Origin: a bacterium
GTDB lineage: Bacteria > Patescibacteriota > Minisyncoccia > Moranbacterales > UBA1568
DNA: 64,000 bases
Direction of reading: 5' to 3'
NCBI GenBank assembly: GCA_021821305.1
Contig: JAKACP010000001.1
Span: 260,934-324,933 of the forward strand
Position 1 is the stretch's first letter. Each line of letters opens with the position of its first letter. The notes beneath the pieces were generated by a model. The model ran no database searches. It had not been told where the DNA came from and saw only the letters and a program-made list of their open reading frames with translations. Of the stretch, positions 27,395-39,710 are shown piece after piece. The translations under genes and the position numbers were made by a program.

Positions 27395-28150
27395 ATGGAG
27401 ATATCGATCGCCGCTGAGAAATTATTCTCGTTCTTCGGATTTCCGATGACGAACGCGTTCATCTGGACGATCGCGGTGAGCGGGTCGCTCGCGTCGATCG
27501 CGGTGCTGTCCCGGTCGCGGTTCCGGGAGATTCCGACGGGGTTCCAAAACGTCGTCGAAGCGGTATTCGAGAGTCTCCTCGATCTCGTCGACAGCGTCAT
27601 GAAGGACCGGACGCAGACGGCGCGGTTCTTCCCCTTGATCGCGACCATATTCCTGTTCGTACTGTTCTCGAACTGGCTGGGCCTGCTCCCGGGTCTCGGC
27701 ACGGTCGGTCTTTCGGCCTCGCACGAGGGTCAGGCGACGATCGTCCCGTTCCTCCGGAGCGGTTCGGCCGATCTCAATACCACGCTCGCGCTGTCGCTCA
27801 TCGTCGTTTTCACCATACAGGCCGCGGGCATCATGGCGCTCGGACTCCGCGGGTACGCGAAGAAGTTCTTCATAAGCCCGATGCACAAACCGTACGTCAT
27901 CGGAACGTTCGTCGGACTCCTCGAACTGCTCGGGGAAGCGACGAAGATCCTCTCGTTCTCGTTCCGTCTGTTCGGCAACGTGTTCGCTGGCGAAGTGCTC
28001 CTCACGGTGATGCTGCACCTCGTTCCCTATTTCCTGCCGCTCCCGTTCCTCCTGTTCGAGGTATTCGTGGGCTTTATCCAGGCGTTCGTTTTTGCTATGC
28101 TGACCTTGGTGTTCCTCAAGATGGCGATGCTCCCGGCGGAGGAGCACTGA
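27395..28150 (+). CDS. atpB: ATP synthase subunit a
   Basis: NWLGLLPG, ADLNTT, SFSFRLFGNVFAGE, GFIQAFVF. Confidence 0.97.
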   Translation: MEISIAAEKLFSFFGFPMTNAFIWTIAVSGSLASIAVLSRSRFREIPTGFQNVVEAVFESLLDLVDSVMKDRTQTARFFPLIATIFLFVLFSNWLGLLPGLGTVGLSASHEGQATIVPFLRSGSADLNTTLALSLIVVFTIQAAGIMALGLRGYAKKFFISPMHKPYVIGTFVGLLELLGEATKILSFSFRLFGNVFAGEVLLTVMLHLVPYFLPLPFLLFEVFVGFIQAFVFAMLTLVFLKMAMLPAEEH

Positions 28151-28161
28151 GATTGGAGTGC

Positions 28162-28200
28162 TACGGACCCGGGACTTCCCAGAGAAATCCCGAGTCCGTA
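28162..28200. repeat. 17-bp stem-loop between atpB and atpE
   Basis: TACGGACCCGGGACTTC / GAAATCCCGAGTCCGTA; fully paired with G.U on the minus strand. Confidence 0.6.
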
Positions 28201-28201
28201 A

Positions 28202-28481
<280 letters not shown>

Positions 28482-28483
<2 letters not shown>

Positions 28484-28603
28484 ACATCCATATTCGGCGA
28501 ACTTCTTCGTTGCGACCTCCGATGCTCGCCGCTGTACCTGAATCGGTACAGCCTGGCTCCGCTTCTCGGCTGCGCCTCGGATTTCATCCGAATATGAATG
28601 TTT
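28482..28603 (-). repeat. 122-nt nested palindromic element (family B)
   Basis: AAACATCCATATTCGG / CCGAATATGAATGTTT outer stem; central GCTGTACC-TGAATC-GGTACAGC hairpin; begins in the atpE stop codon. Confidence 0.75.
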
Positions 28604-28623
28604 CCTAGAGTAGAGAGACGCCT

Positions 28624-29115
28624 ATGGAAGCTCTGCACAATCTCGGTATCGATGGGAAACTCCTCCTCGCGCAGGTGGTGAACTTTCTCATTCTTCTCTT
28701 CATCCTGCGGAAATTCGCCTATCGCCCCATGCTCGAATTCCTCGAGAAGCGGACGGCGCGGATCGAACAGGGGATCAAGGATGCCGAGGCCGCCGGCAAG
28801 CGCCTCGAGGAAGCGGCTCGCAAGGAGGAAAAGATGCTCGTCCAGGCCCGCGAAGAGGCGAGGAGCCTCGTAGCGAAGGCTGAGATCGCCGCCGAGAAGC
28901 GCGCGGAGGCGATCATGGATGCGGTGGAGTTGAAGTCGCAGGCGATCTTCGCGGAGTCGAAGAAGCACGCCGAGGCGGAGCGCGAAAAGATCTTCCGCGA
29001 AGCCAAGGAAGAGCTCGCTTCGCTCGTGCTCCTCGCGACGGGCAAGATGCTCAAGGAGAAGTCGGAAGGCAAGAACGACCGGGAATTGGCGGAGCGGTTC
29101 CTCGGGACCCGGTAA
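28624..29115 (+). CDS. atpF: ATP synthase subunit b
   Basis: LLLAQVVNFLILLFIL..FAYRP followed by a coiled coil. Confidence 0.95.
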   Translation: MEALHNLGIDGKLLLAQVVNFLILLFILRKFAYRPMLEFLEKRTARIEQGIKDAEAAGKRLEEAARKEEKMLVQAREEARSLVAKAEIAAEKRAEAIMDAVELKSQAIFAESKKHAEAEREKIFREAKEELASLVLLATGKMLKEKSEGKNDRELAERFLGTR

Positions 29116-29128
29116 GGACTGAACCATT

Positions 29129-29524
29129 ATGCGTCTCACGGCCTCACAATATGCGAAAGCCCTTCTCGCGCTCTCCGCGGGAGCGGAAGACCCGAAACGA
29201 GTCGCGTCGTCGTTCCTTTCGTATGCCCGCAAGAATCGTCTGACGAAGAAGCTTCCGGACATCCTGCGGATATTCGAGGGACTGTCGGAGGCGAAGGCGG
29301 GGAAGCTCTCGCTCTCGATCGAGACGGCGCGGAGCGCGGACGCGGCCGAACGGGAGGCGCTCGGCCGGTTGGCCGAAGCCTCGTTTCCGGGGAAGAAGCT
29401 TTTGCTTCGCTATGTCGTGAATGCCGACCTCGTGGGCGGGGTGAGGATGCTGTCTTCCGATGAGATGGTCGATGCGACGGCGAAGAGGAGGCTGCGGGAA
29501 CTCGAGTCACGGATCAAGGGATGA
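29129..29524 (+). CDS. atpH: ATP synthase subunit delta (short)
   Basis: YAKAL N-terminus, VNADLVGGV...VDAT C-terminus; operon position. Confidence 0.85.
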   Translation: MRLTASQYAKALLALSAGAEDPKRVASSFLSYARKNRLTKKLPDILRIFEGLSEAKAGKLSLSIETARSADAAEREALGRLAEASFPGKKLLLRYVVNADLVGGVRMLSSDEMVDATAKRRLRELESRIKG

Positions 29525-29590
29525 TTTGCGATCGGGGATTTATGATCTACGAAGAGATTCCTAGATCCTAAATCCAGATTCATAAATCGA
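29521..29590. repeat. Inverted heptamer tracts between atpH and atpA
   Basis: ATGATTT GCGATCG GGGATTT ATGATCT / GATTCCT AGATCCT AAATCCA GATTCAT AAATCGA. Confidence 0.75.
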
Positions 29591-29596
29591 ATACCT

Positions 29597-31099
<1,503 letters not shown>

Positions 31100-31145
31100 G
31101 ACATGCGGATTCGATCCGCGCTCATCAATCGGTGATTCAGGAAAT

Positions 31146-32046
31146 ATGGCTTCAGCTCGGGACATACAAAGGCGGATAAAAGGCGTCCGATCGACCGGGA
31201 AAATCACCCGGGCGATGGAGATGATTTCGGCCGTCAAGATGCGTCGGGCGGTCTCGGCGGTCATGAACGTGCGGCCGTACGCGAAGAGCGTGTTGGTCGT
31301 GCTCCGACAGCTCGCGATGGTGGAGCGGAGCGAGAGCCACCCGTTTCTCACGGATCGGCCGGTAAAGAAGGCGATCTACGTCGTCATCGGATCGAACCGG
31401 GGTCTCTGCGGATCATTCAACTCGCAGGTCTCGCGGCGTCTTCGGACGGTTCTCGAGGAGGATCGCGGGCGCGAGGCGGAATATGTCACCATCGGACGCA
31501 AGGCGGACGCCATGGTGCGCCGGCTGGGGGGAGATATCATCGCGTCGTTTCCGGACATCCTCCCGGCGCCGGAAGTGTCGAAGATCCGACCGATCGCGAA
31601 ACTGCTCGTGGAGCGGTTCCTCTCGGGGGAGACCGACCGCGTGGTGATGGTCTACACCGACTTCGTCTCCGTGCTCTCGCAGGTCGTGAAGGTCCGCGCG
31701 TTGCTTCCGATCGTCGAGAAGGACGTGTTGAAGGCGCTCCACGAGATGTATCCTGATACCGGAACGGACGAGGCCGTCCGATCCGACGCGGAGTACGTCA
31801 TCGAACCGTCGTCCAAGGAAGTGCTCGACGGGCTCGTGCTCCAGCTCCTCACGATGGAGCTCTACCACGGCGTGCTCGAGTCGAACGCGTCCAAGGAAGC
31901 GGCGAGGATGATGGCGATGCGCAATGCGACTGACGCGGCCAAGGACATGGTCTCGGGATTGACGCTCGCGTACAATCAGATCCGGCAGGCCAAGATCACG
32001 GCCGAGATCGCGGAACTCTCGGCGGGCAAGGCGGCGCTTGAGAATT

Positions 32047-32048
<2 letters not shown>
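31146..32048 (+). CDS. atpG: ATP synthase subunit gamma
   Basis: KITRAMEM, RGLCG, RMMAMRNATD, RQAKITAEI. Confidence 0.98.
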
Positions 32049-33521
<1,473 letters not shown>

Positions 33522-33538
33522 CCCGAACATCGGAAAGT

Positions 33539-33988
33539 ATGTCGCTCATCCGACTGAAAATCGTCACCCCCGAAAAGCTCGTACTCGAACAGGAGGCGTA
33601 TTCGGTGACGCTCCCGGTCATCGGCGGAGAAGTGACGATCCTTCCTGACCACATTCCCTACATAGGATCGCTCGCTCCCGGGGAGATATTCATCCGCCGG
33701 GAGATCGAAGGCGAACCGGAAGCCCTCGCGACCTCGGGCGGATTCGTGGAATTTCACGGGAACACGCTCACCTTGCTCGCCGATACGGCGGAAGCGGCCG
33801 AAGAGATCGATATCGACCGCGCCGAGGAGGGCCGAAAACGCGCGGAAGAGCTCATGCGCGAACGCGGTTCGATCGATGAGGAGGAATATGCGCGTGTCGC
33901 CGCATCCCTCGAGAAACAGCTTATCCGCCTCAAAGTCGCGCGGAAGCATCGGAGCCGCGGCGGATTCACCCTGCCGGAAGAGGAGTAA
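33539..33988 (+). CDS. atpC: ATP synthase subunit epsilon
   Basis: IVTPE, GEVTILPDH, SGGFVE, EIDIDRAE. Confidence 0.95.
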   Translation: MSLIRLKIVTPEKLVLEQEAYSVTLPVIGGEVTILPDHIPYIGSLAPGEIFIRREIEGEPEALATSGGFVEFHGNTLTLLADTAEAAEEIDIDRAEEGRKRAEELMRERGSIDEEEYARVAASLEKQLIRLKVARKHRSRGGFTLPEEE

Positions 33989-34010
33989 TCTTGAAGAAAA
34001 GTCCGCATTG

Positions 34011-34044
34011 AAGTACGATAGCACGGTAAGTGCTATCGTATTTT
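34011..34044 (+). terminator. Hairpin at the end of the atp operon, directly before the leuS start
   Basis: TACGATAGCAC-GGTAA-GTGCTATCGTA-TTTT, perfect 11-bp stem. Confidence 0.55.
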
Positions 34045-34047
34045 CGT

Positions 34048-36459
34048 ATGGAGAGCCGGTACAGCCCGAAAACCATCGAGCCGAAATGGCAGGAAAAATG
34101 GGAGAAAAACGGGACTTTCCGGCACTATGACCGGCCGGAGAAATTTTACGTGCTCGACATGTTTCCGTACCCGTCCGGGTTCGGGCTCCATGTCGGCCAT
34201 CCGAAGGGATATATCGCGACCGACGTGGTCGCCCGGATGAAGCAGCTCCAAGGATACGCGGTGCTCCATCCGATGGGATGGGACGCGTTCGGACTGCCGG
34301 CGGAGCAGTTCGCCATCAAGAACAAGGTGCATCCGAGTGTCGCCACGAAACAAAATATCGCGACCTACAAGGAACAGATGCACCGGATCGGTTTCACCTA
34401 CGACTGGGATCGGGAAATCGACACCACGGACCCGGACTATTACAAATGGACGCAGTGGATATTCCTCAAGATGTGGGAAAAAGGACTCGCCTACGAATCG
34501 CATGAGCCGATCAACTGGTGTCCATCATGCCAGACGGGACTCGCGAACGAGGACCTTGAAGACGGTGCCTGCGAGCGATGCGGGACGCCGGTCGAGAAGA
34601 AGCCGATGCGCCAGTGGGTGCTCCGGATGACCGAATATGCGGACCGTCTGCTCTCCGATCTCGACCGGGAGGACCTCGACTGGGAGGAACAGATCAAGGA
34701 ACAGCAGCGAAACTGGATCGGGCGGAGCGAAGGCGCTGCCGTGCGTTTCGCGTTGGCGACGGAGGATCAGGCATCCGTCGAGGTGTTTACGACGCGCCTG
34801 GATACGATCTTCGGCTGCACCTATGTCGTCGTGGCACCGGAACATCCGATAGCCGAACACCAGGGAATCAGGAACCGGGCGGAGGTCACGGAGTACATCG
34901 GAAAAACGAGGAAAAAATCTGATCTGGAGCGCACGGAGCTCGCCAAGGAAAAGACCGGCGTGAAACTCGAGGGGATCGAGGCGGTCAATCCGTTCACGGA
35001 CGAGAAAGTGCCTGTGTTCGTCGCCGATTATGTTCTCGGATCGTACGGGACCGGAGCGGTCATGGCGGTTCCGGCGCACGATGAGCGCGATTTCGAGTTC
35101 GCGAAGAAATATGGCCTCCGTATCGTCGAAACGGTTTCGGGTGGTGATCCGGCGACGGAAGGCGCGTTCACCGACGATGGCGTACTGGTGAACTCCGGGG
35201 CATTCACCGGACTTTCGTCCGCTGAGGCGAGGGAAAAGATGACGGCATGGCTCGAGGAGAGGGGATTCGGGAAAGGAACGGTGAAATACAAGATGCGCGA
35301 CTGGACATTTTCCCGCCAGCGGTACTGGGGCGAGCCGATCCCGCTCATCCACTGCGAGAAATGCGGAGTGGTGCCGGTGCCGGAGGCGGACCTGCCGGTG
35401 AGGCTACCTGACGTGGAGTCGTATGAGCCGACCGGGACGGGCGAATCGCCGCTCGCGGATATCGACGAGTGGGTGAACGTGCCGTGCCCCTCGTGCGGCG
35501 GTGTGGGAAAACGCGAGACGAACACGATGCCGCAGTGGGCCGGGTCATGCTGGTACTATCTGCGCTATATCGATCCGAAGAACACGGAGTCGTTCGTGGG
35601 AAAGAAAGAGGAGAAACGATGGATGCCGGTCGACCTCTATGTCGGCGGAGCGGAACACGCGACGCGGCACCTTCTCTACTCACGGTTCTGGCACAAGTTC
35701 CTCTTCGATCTGGGCGTCGTCTCGACCGACGAGCCGTTCAAGCGCCTCGTGCACGTCGGCCTCATCAACGCGTCCGACGGGCGCAAGATGTCGAAGCGCT
35801 GGGGGAATGTGATCAATCCGGATGACATCATCGACGACTTCGGGGCCGACGCCCTGCGTCTCTATGAGATGTTCATGGGTCCCTTCACGCAGAATATCGC
35901 GTGGAATACCGAAGGACTCGTCGGGACGCGCCGATTCCTCGAAAAAGTATGGAAACTTTCTCCGGAAACGAGGGATGGACAACAGGCGATGGAAAGCAGG
36001 GAGTTGGAAGCGCTTCTGCATCGGACCATGCGGAAGGTTACGGAGGATATCGACGGATTCCGATTCAACACTGCCGTGAGCGGCCTCATGATTCTCGTGA
36101 ATGCGTTGGAAAAGGAATCGCGCATATCACGCGCCGCCTATGAGACGACCCTCATCCTCCTTTCCCCGTTCGCGCCGCACATCGCCGAGGAATTGTGGCA
36201 GGAGCTGGGGAACGAGCGCTCCATATTCCTCGGGAGCTGGCCGCAGTATGACCCGGAAAAACTGATCGAAGACGAGGTACGGATCGCGGTATCGGTGAAC
36301 GGAAAGGTCCGCGACACGTTCTCGGTTCCGCGGGATATCCCGGAGGAGGAGCTGAAATCGCAGGCGCTCGAGAGCGAAAACGTCCGGAGGCACATGGAGG
36401 GGAAGGAGCCGAAGCGGATCGTCGTCGTCCCGGGGCGCATCGTGAATATCGTCGTTTAG
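34048..36459 (+). CDS. leuS: Leucine--tRNA ligase
   Basis: MFPYPSGFGLHVGH, GWDAFGLPAE, SRQRYWGEPIP, GGAEHA, KMSKR. Confidence 0.98.
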   Translation: MESRYSPKTIEPKWQEKWEKNGTFRHYDRPEKFYVLDMFPYPSGFGLHVGHPKGYIATDVVARMKQLQGYAVLHPMGWDAFGLPAEQFAIKNKVHPSVATKQNIATYKEQMHRIGFTYDWDREIDTTDPDYYKWTQWIFLKMWEKGLAYESHEPINWCPSCQTGLANEDLEDGACERCGTPVEKKPMRQWVLRMTEYADRLLSDLDREDLDWEEQIKEQQRNWIGRSEGAAVRFALATEDQASVEVFTTRLDTIFGCTYVVVAPEHPIAEHQGIRNRAEVTEYIGKTRKKSDLERTELAKEKTGVKLEGIEAVNPFTDEKVPVFVADYVLGSYGTGAVMAVPAHDERDFEFAKKYGLRIVETVSGGDPATEGAFTDDGVLVNSGAFTGLSSAEAREKMTAWLEERGFGKGTVKYKMRDWTFSRQRYWGEPIPLIHCEKCGVVPVPEADLPVRLPDVESYEPTGTGESPLADIDEWVNVPCPSCGGVGKRETNTMPQWAGSCWYYLRYIDPKNTESFVGKKEEKRWMPVDLYVGGAEHATRHLLYSRFWHKFLFDLGVVSTDEPFKRLVHVGLINASDGRKMSKRWGNVINPDDIIDDFGADALRLYEMFMGPFTQNIAWNTEGLVGTRRFLEKVWKLSPETRDGQQAMESRELEALLHRTMRKVTEDIDGFRFNTAVSGLMILVNALEKESRISRAAYETTLILLSPFAPHIAEELWQELGNERSIFLGSWPQYDPEKLIEDEVRIAVSVNGKVRDTFSVPRDIPEEELKSQALESENVRRHMEGKEPKRIVVVPGRIVNIVV
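35966..36010 (+). repeat. Degenerate in-frame 7/14-periodic tract in leuS (TRDGQQAMESRELE)
   Basis: AAACGAG GGATGGA CAACAGG CGATGGA AAGCAGG. Confidence 0.55.
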
Positions 36460-36468
36460 CCCAAGCAT

Positions 36469-37134
36469 ATGAAAACACACATACCGGAAATGCTGCCGCT
36501 CGAACGCCCGCTGGTCATCTTCGACCTCGAGACGACGGGTCTGACACCCGGCGAGGATCGCATGGTGGAGATCGCGTACGAGAAGATCTTCCCTTCGGGC
36601 GAGATACACGCGTCCGTCGTGCGGGTCAATCCTGGTATCCCGATGCCCGAGGATGCGAAGCGCATACACGGCATCAGTGATGAGGACGTGGCGGGTGCGC
36701 CGTCCTTCGCGAAGCTCGCGTATGAACTCTGGAGCGCGTTCGAAGGGGTCGATGTCGGCGGGTTCAACGTGCTCGGATTCGATCTCCCGTTTCTCCGGGG
36801 GGAATTCTCCACGGTGGGGAAGACGTTCGATTTCTCCACACGACGCGTGCTCGATGCCAAGATCCTCTATCACAAGATGGAACCTCGCGATGGGTTTTCC
36901 CCGCGAAACCTCTCCGCCGCGTACAAGCTCTACTGCGGCAAGCGCCATGAGACGGCGCACACCGGCGCGGGGGACGTCCGCGTGACGGTGGAGATCCTCG
37001 AGAAGATCCTCGAGAAGTATCCGGAGCTCCGGAACTGGGACACGCTCATGGAGCTGAACGGCCAGAAGAAACTGCTTGAATCGGCAAGGCCGGAGCATAC
37101 GCCGCTTGTCGGCCCGTCCGGAACATTGTTTTGA
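36469..37134 (+). CDS. DEDDh 3'-5' exonuclease (DnaQ-like)
   Basis: FDLETTG, IHGI, FN..FD, AH.AGDV. Confidence 0.9.
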   Translation: MKTHIPEMLPLERPLVIFDLETTGLTPGEDRMVEIAYEKIFPSGEIHASVVRVNPGIPMPEDAKRIHGISDEDVAGAPSFAKLAYELWSAFEGVDVGGFNVLGFDLPFLRGEFSTVGKTFDFSTRRVLDAKILYHKMEPRDGFSPRNLSAAYKLYCGKRHETAHTGAGDVRVTVEILEKILEKYPELRNWDTLMELNGQKKLLESARPEHTPLVGPSGTLF

Positions 37135-37139
37135 ACTGT

Positions 37140-37907
37140 ATGTCATTTATCGACGCGGTCATTCTCGGTATCGTGGAGGGGCTCTCGGAATTCCTTCCGA
37201 TCTCCTCGACGGGGCACCTCATTCTTGCGTCCCGACTGCTCTCGCTTGAGCAGACGGAATTCCTCAAGATGTTTGAGGTCGTGATCCAGCTCGGCGCGAT
37301 CCTGTCGGTCGTGACGCTCTACTGGCGCCGACTGTTCCTCGAATGGGAGACGATGAAGCGCATCGCTCTCGCCCTCGTTCCGTCGGTCGTCATCGGCGGG
37401 ATATTCTACTCCTCGATCAAGAAACTGTTCGAATCGGAGGCGACGGTGGTCGCCGCGCTCTTCCTCGGCGGTATCGCGATCATCGCCTTCGAACTTCTCC
37501 ACAAGGAGCGTGAGGACGCGGCTGAGGACATCTCCGTCATCCCGTATAAGACGGCGTTTTTCATCGGTATGTTCCAGACGCTTTCCGTCATCCCCGGCGT
37601 ATCCCGTGCGGGCGCGACCATACTCGGCGGACTGTTCCTCGGCATGAGACGCCGGGCGATCGTCGAATTCTCGTTTCTCCTCGCGGTGCCGACCATGATC
37701 GCCGCGAGCGCGATCGACCTGACGAAAAACGCGGGGAGTGTCGCGGAATCGGAGTGGCTGCTCCTCGCTGCGGGGTTCGCGGCTTCGTTCGTGGTGGCGA
37801 TTCTCGCGATCAAGTTCTTGCTCCGGTTCGTGGAGTCGCACACCTTCGTGCCGTTCGGAGTCTATCGTATCGTCGTCGCGGCGCTGTTTTTCATCTTCGT
37901 CATCTAG
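37140..37907 (+). CDS. uppP: Undecaprenyl-diphosphatase
   Basis: GIVEGLSEFLPISSTGHL, IPGVSRAGAT, EFSFLLAVP. Confidence 0.96.
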   Translation: MSFIDAVILGIVEGLSEFLPISSTGHLILASRLLSLEQTEFLKMFEVVIQLGAILSVVTLYWRRLFLEWETMKRIALALVPSVVIGGIFYSSIKKLFESEATVVAALFLGGIAIIAFELLHKEREDAAEDISVIPYKTAFFIGMFQTLSVIPGVSRAGATILGGLFLGMRRRAIVEFSFLLAVPTMIAASAIDLTKNAGSVAESEWLLLAAGFAASFVVAILAIKFLLRFVESHTFVPFGVYRIVVAALFFIFVI

Positions 37908-37910
37908 CAC

Positions 37911-38705
37911 ATGCCTATACTTTCAGGGAAACCCATAGCGGAGAAGATCCTTTCCGAAACGAAGGCGCGTATCGGGCAATCCGGTATCGTGCCGGGCCTC
38001 GGTATCGTGCTTGTCGGCGACGATGCGGCATCACGCATCTATGTCGAGCTCAAGGAAAAGCGCGCGCGCGAACTCGGCATACATGTCGTCAGGACGGAGC
38101 TTCCCATGACGGCGACGGAAACGGATGCCCTCGATGCCGTACGGGCGTTCAATGCCGATTCCTCGATCCATGGCATCATCATGCAACTGCCGCTCCCGGG
38201 GCATATCGATGCCGATCGCATCATCGCGGCGGTCGATCCGACCAAGGACGCGGACGGATTCATCGCAGGGGACCCCGTCTTTCCCGAGGCGATCATCGAG
38301 CTCGCGAAATCGGTCGCGGGGACGCTCTCGGGAAAAAAGGGAGTGGTGATCGCGAACTCCGAGCGCTTCGGAGAAACGATGAGACGCTCCCTCGAGCACC
38401 AAGGGATGGAAGCGGAGTATGTTCTGGGAGACTCCGTCGCCTTGGAGCGGATACGCGATGCCGATATCGTCGTGACCGCGCTCGGCCGACCCGACGCGCT
38501 TCCGAGGAATATGTTCAAAAAAGGCGCTATCGTGATCGATGGCGGTATCGCGAGAAAGGACGGGCGGACGCGAGGAGATGTCTCGTCGGAGGGGGATGGC
38601 GAGGACGTGTTCCTCTCTCCCGTTCCCGGAGGGGTCGGGCCGGTCACGATCGCGTGCCTCCTGCGGCGGGTCACGGATCTGGCTATACGAAAAACGGCCC
38701 TGTAG
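37911..38705 (+). CDS. folD: Methylene-THF dehydrogenase/cyclohydrolase
   Basis: ASRIYV..K, GIIMQLPLP, KDADG, SPVPGGVGPVT. Confidence 0.92.
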   Translation: MPILSGKPIAEKILSETKARIGQSGIVPGLGIVLVGDDAASRIYVELKEKRARELGIHVVRTELPMTATETDALDAVRAFNADSSIHGIIMQLPLPGHIDADRIIAAVDPTKDADGFIAGDPVFPEAIIELAKSVAGTLSGKKGVVIANSERFGETMRRSLEHQGMEAEYVLGDSVALERIRDADIVVTALGRPDALPRNMFKKGAIVIDGGIARKDGRTRGDVSSEGDGEDVFLSPVPGGVGPVTIACLLRRVTDLAIRKTAL

Positions 38706-38714
38706 GCCGTTTTT
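38690..38714. terminator. Bidirectional terminator between folD and tRNA-Leu
   Basis: AAAAACGGCC-CTGTA-GGCCGTTTTT. Confidence 0.75.
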
Positions 38715-38719
38715 GCATA

Positions 38720-38776
38720 GGTGCCGGGGGAGACCCGCCCACTCCGCTCCGCGGAGCGTTTCGGGCAGGGACTCGA
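38720..38776 (-). pseudogene. tRNA 3'-end remnant interrupted by a 36-bp CCTGCCCG...CGGG palindrome
   Basis: Minus strand TCGAGTC-[CCTGCCCG...GGGCGGG]-TCTCCCCCGGCACC resembles a T-loop plus acceptor 3' strand. Confidence 0.5.
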
Positions 38777-38780
38777 TTTG

Positions 38781-38862
38781 TACCGCTGGTCGGAGTCGAA
38801 CCGACATGCCTCGCGGCACACGATTTTGAGTCGTGCGTGTCTACCAGTTCCACCACAGCGGC
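38781..38862 (-). tRNA. tRNA-Leu(CAA)
   Basis: GCCGCUG acceptor stem, D-loop GG, anticodon arm CACGA-CUCAAAA-UCGUG, long variable arm, GUUCGAC T-loop; CCA not encoded. Confidence 0.96.
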
Positions 38863-38917
38863 ATACCGGGAGCATAGGGAATTGAAAAGGTCGTGTCAAT
38901 GATGTAGAATCGGGAAT

Positions 38918-39691
38918 ATGGCCAAGATCGTCGCATTCGTGAATCAGAAAGGCGGAGTCGGGAAAACGACTTCGACCATCAACGTCGCCCGATATCTCGC
39001 CGATCTCGGGAAAAAAGTGTTGCTTGTCGACCTCGACCCGCAGGGCAATGCGTCGTCGGGGCTCGGTATCGACCCGCGCGGCCTTGAGAAGAACCTCTAT
39101 CATGCCATGATCGGTGGGCTTTCGCCCAAGGAGATAATCTTGTCCACCGAAACGGAAGGGCTCCATATCATTCCCGCGGCGCAGGATCTGGCCGGTGCGG
39201 AGATCGAGATGGTGCATATCGACGCGCGTGAGTTCCGCCTCTATTCGGTGCTCCGTCAGGTGCGTTCGTTCTATGATTATATCCTGATCGACAGCCCGCC
39301 GTCGCTCGGGCTGCTCACGGTCAACGGGCTCGTGGCGAGCGACGAGGTCGTGATACCCGTACAGGCGGAATACTACGCGCTTGAGGGGCTCTCGCAACTT
39401 CTGGGAACGATAGAGCTCGTCCGTGAACGCCTGCAGCCGAACCTGAAGATCATGGGCGCGCTCGTCACGTTGTTCGATCGGCGCAATCGCCTCGCGCGGC
39501 AGGTGGTTTCCGAGGTGCAGAAACATTTCCCCGGGCCGGTCTTCGAGACGATTGTCCCGCGTTCCGTCCGACTCGCTGAGGCTCCGAGCTACGGGAAATC
39601 CATACTTGATTTTGACGCGTTCTCGAAGGGTGCCCGCGCATACAAAGCGGTCGCCAAGGAGATCATCGCGAGGGAAGAGGCGGCTCAGTAA
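38918..39691 (+). CDS. parA: ParA/Soj ATPase
   Basis: NQKGGVGKTT, DLDPQGNA, DSPPSLG, RLAEAPS. Confidence 0.96.
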   Translation: MAKIVAFVNQKGGVGKTTSTINVARYLADLGKKVLLVDLDPQGNASSGLGIDPRGLEKNLYHAMIGGLSPKEIILSTETEGLHIIPAAQDLAGAEIEMVHIDAREFRLYSVLRQVRSFYDYILIDSPPSLGLLTVNGLVASDEVVIPVQAEYYALEGLSQLLGTIELVRERLQPNLKIMGALVTLFDRRNRLARQVVSEVQKHFPGPVFETIVPRSVRLAEAPSYGKSILDFDAFSKGARAYKAVAKEIIAREEAAQ

Positions 39692-39710
39692 ACATATAGA
39701 GGAAGGCACT

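Noticed and set aside
31100-31145. GCGGATTCGATCCGCG hairpin between atpA and atpG as another repeat family
   Set aside because: Short, single and degenerate; cannot be supported
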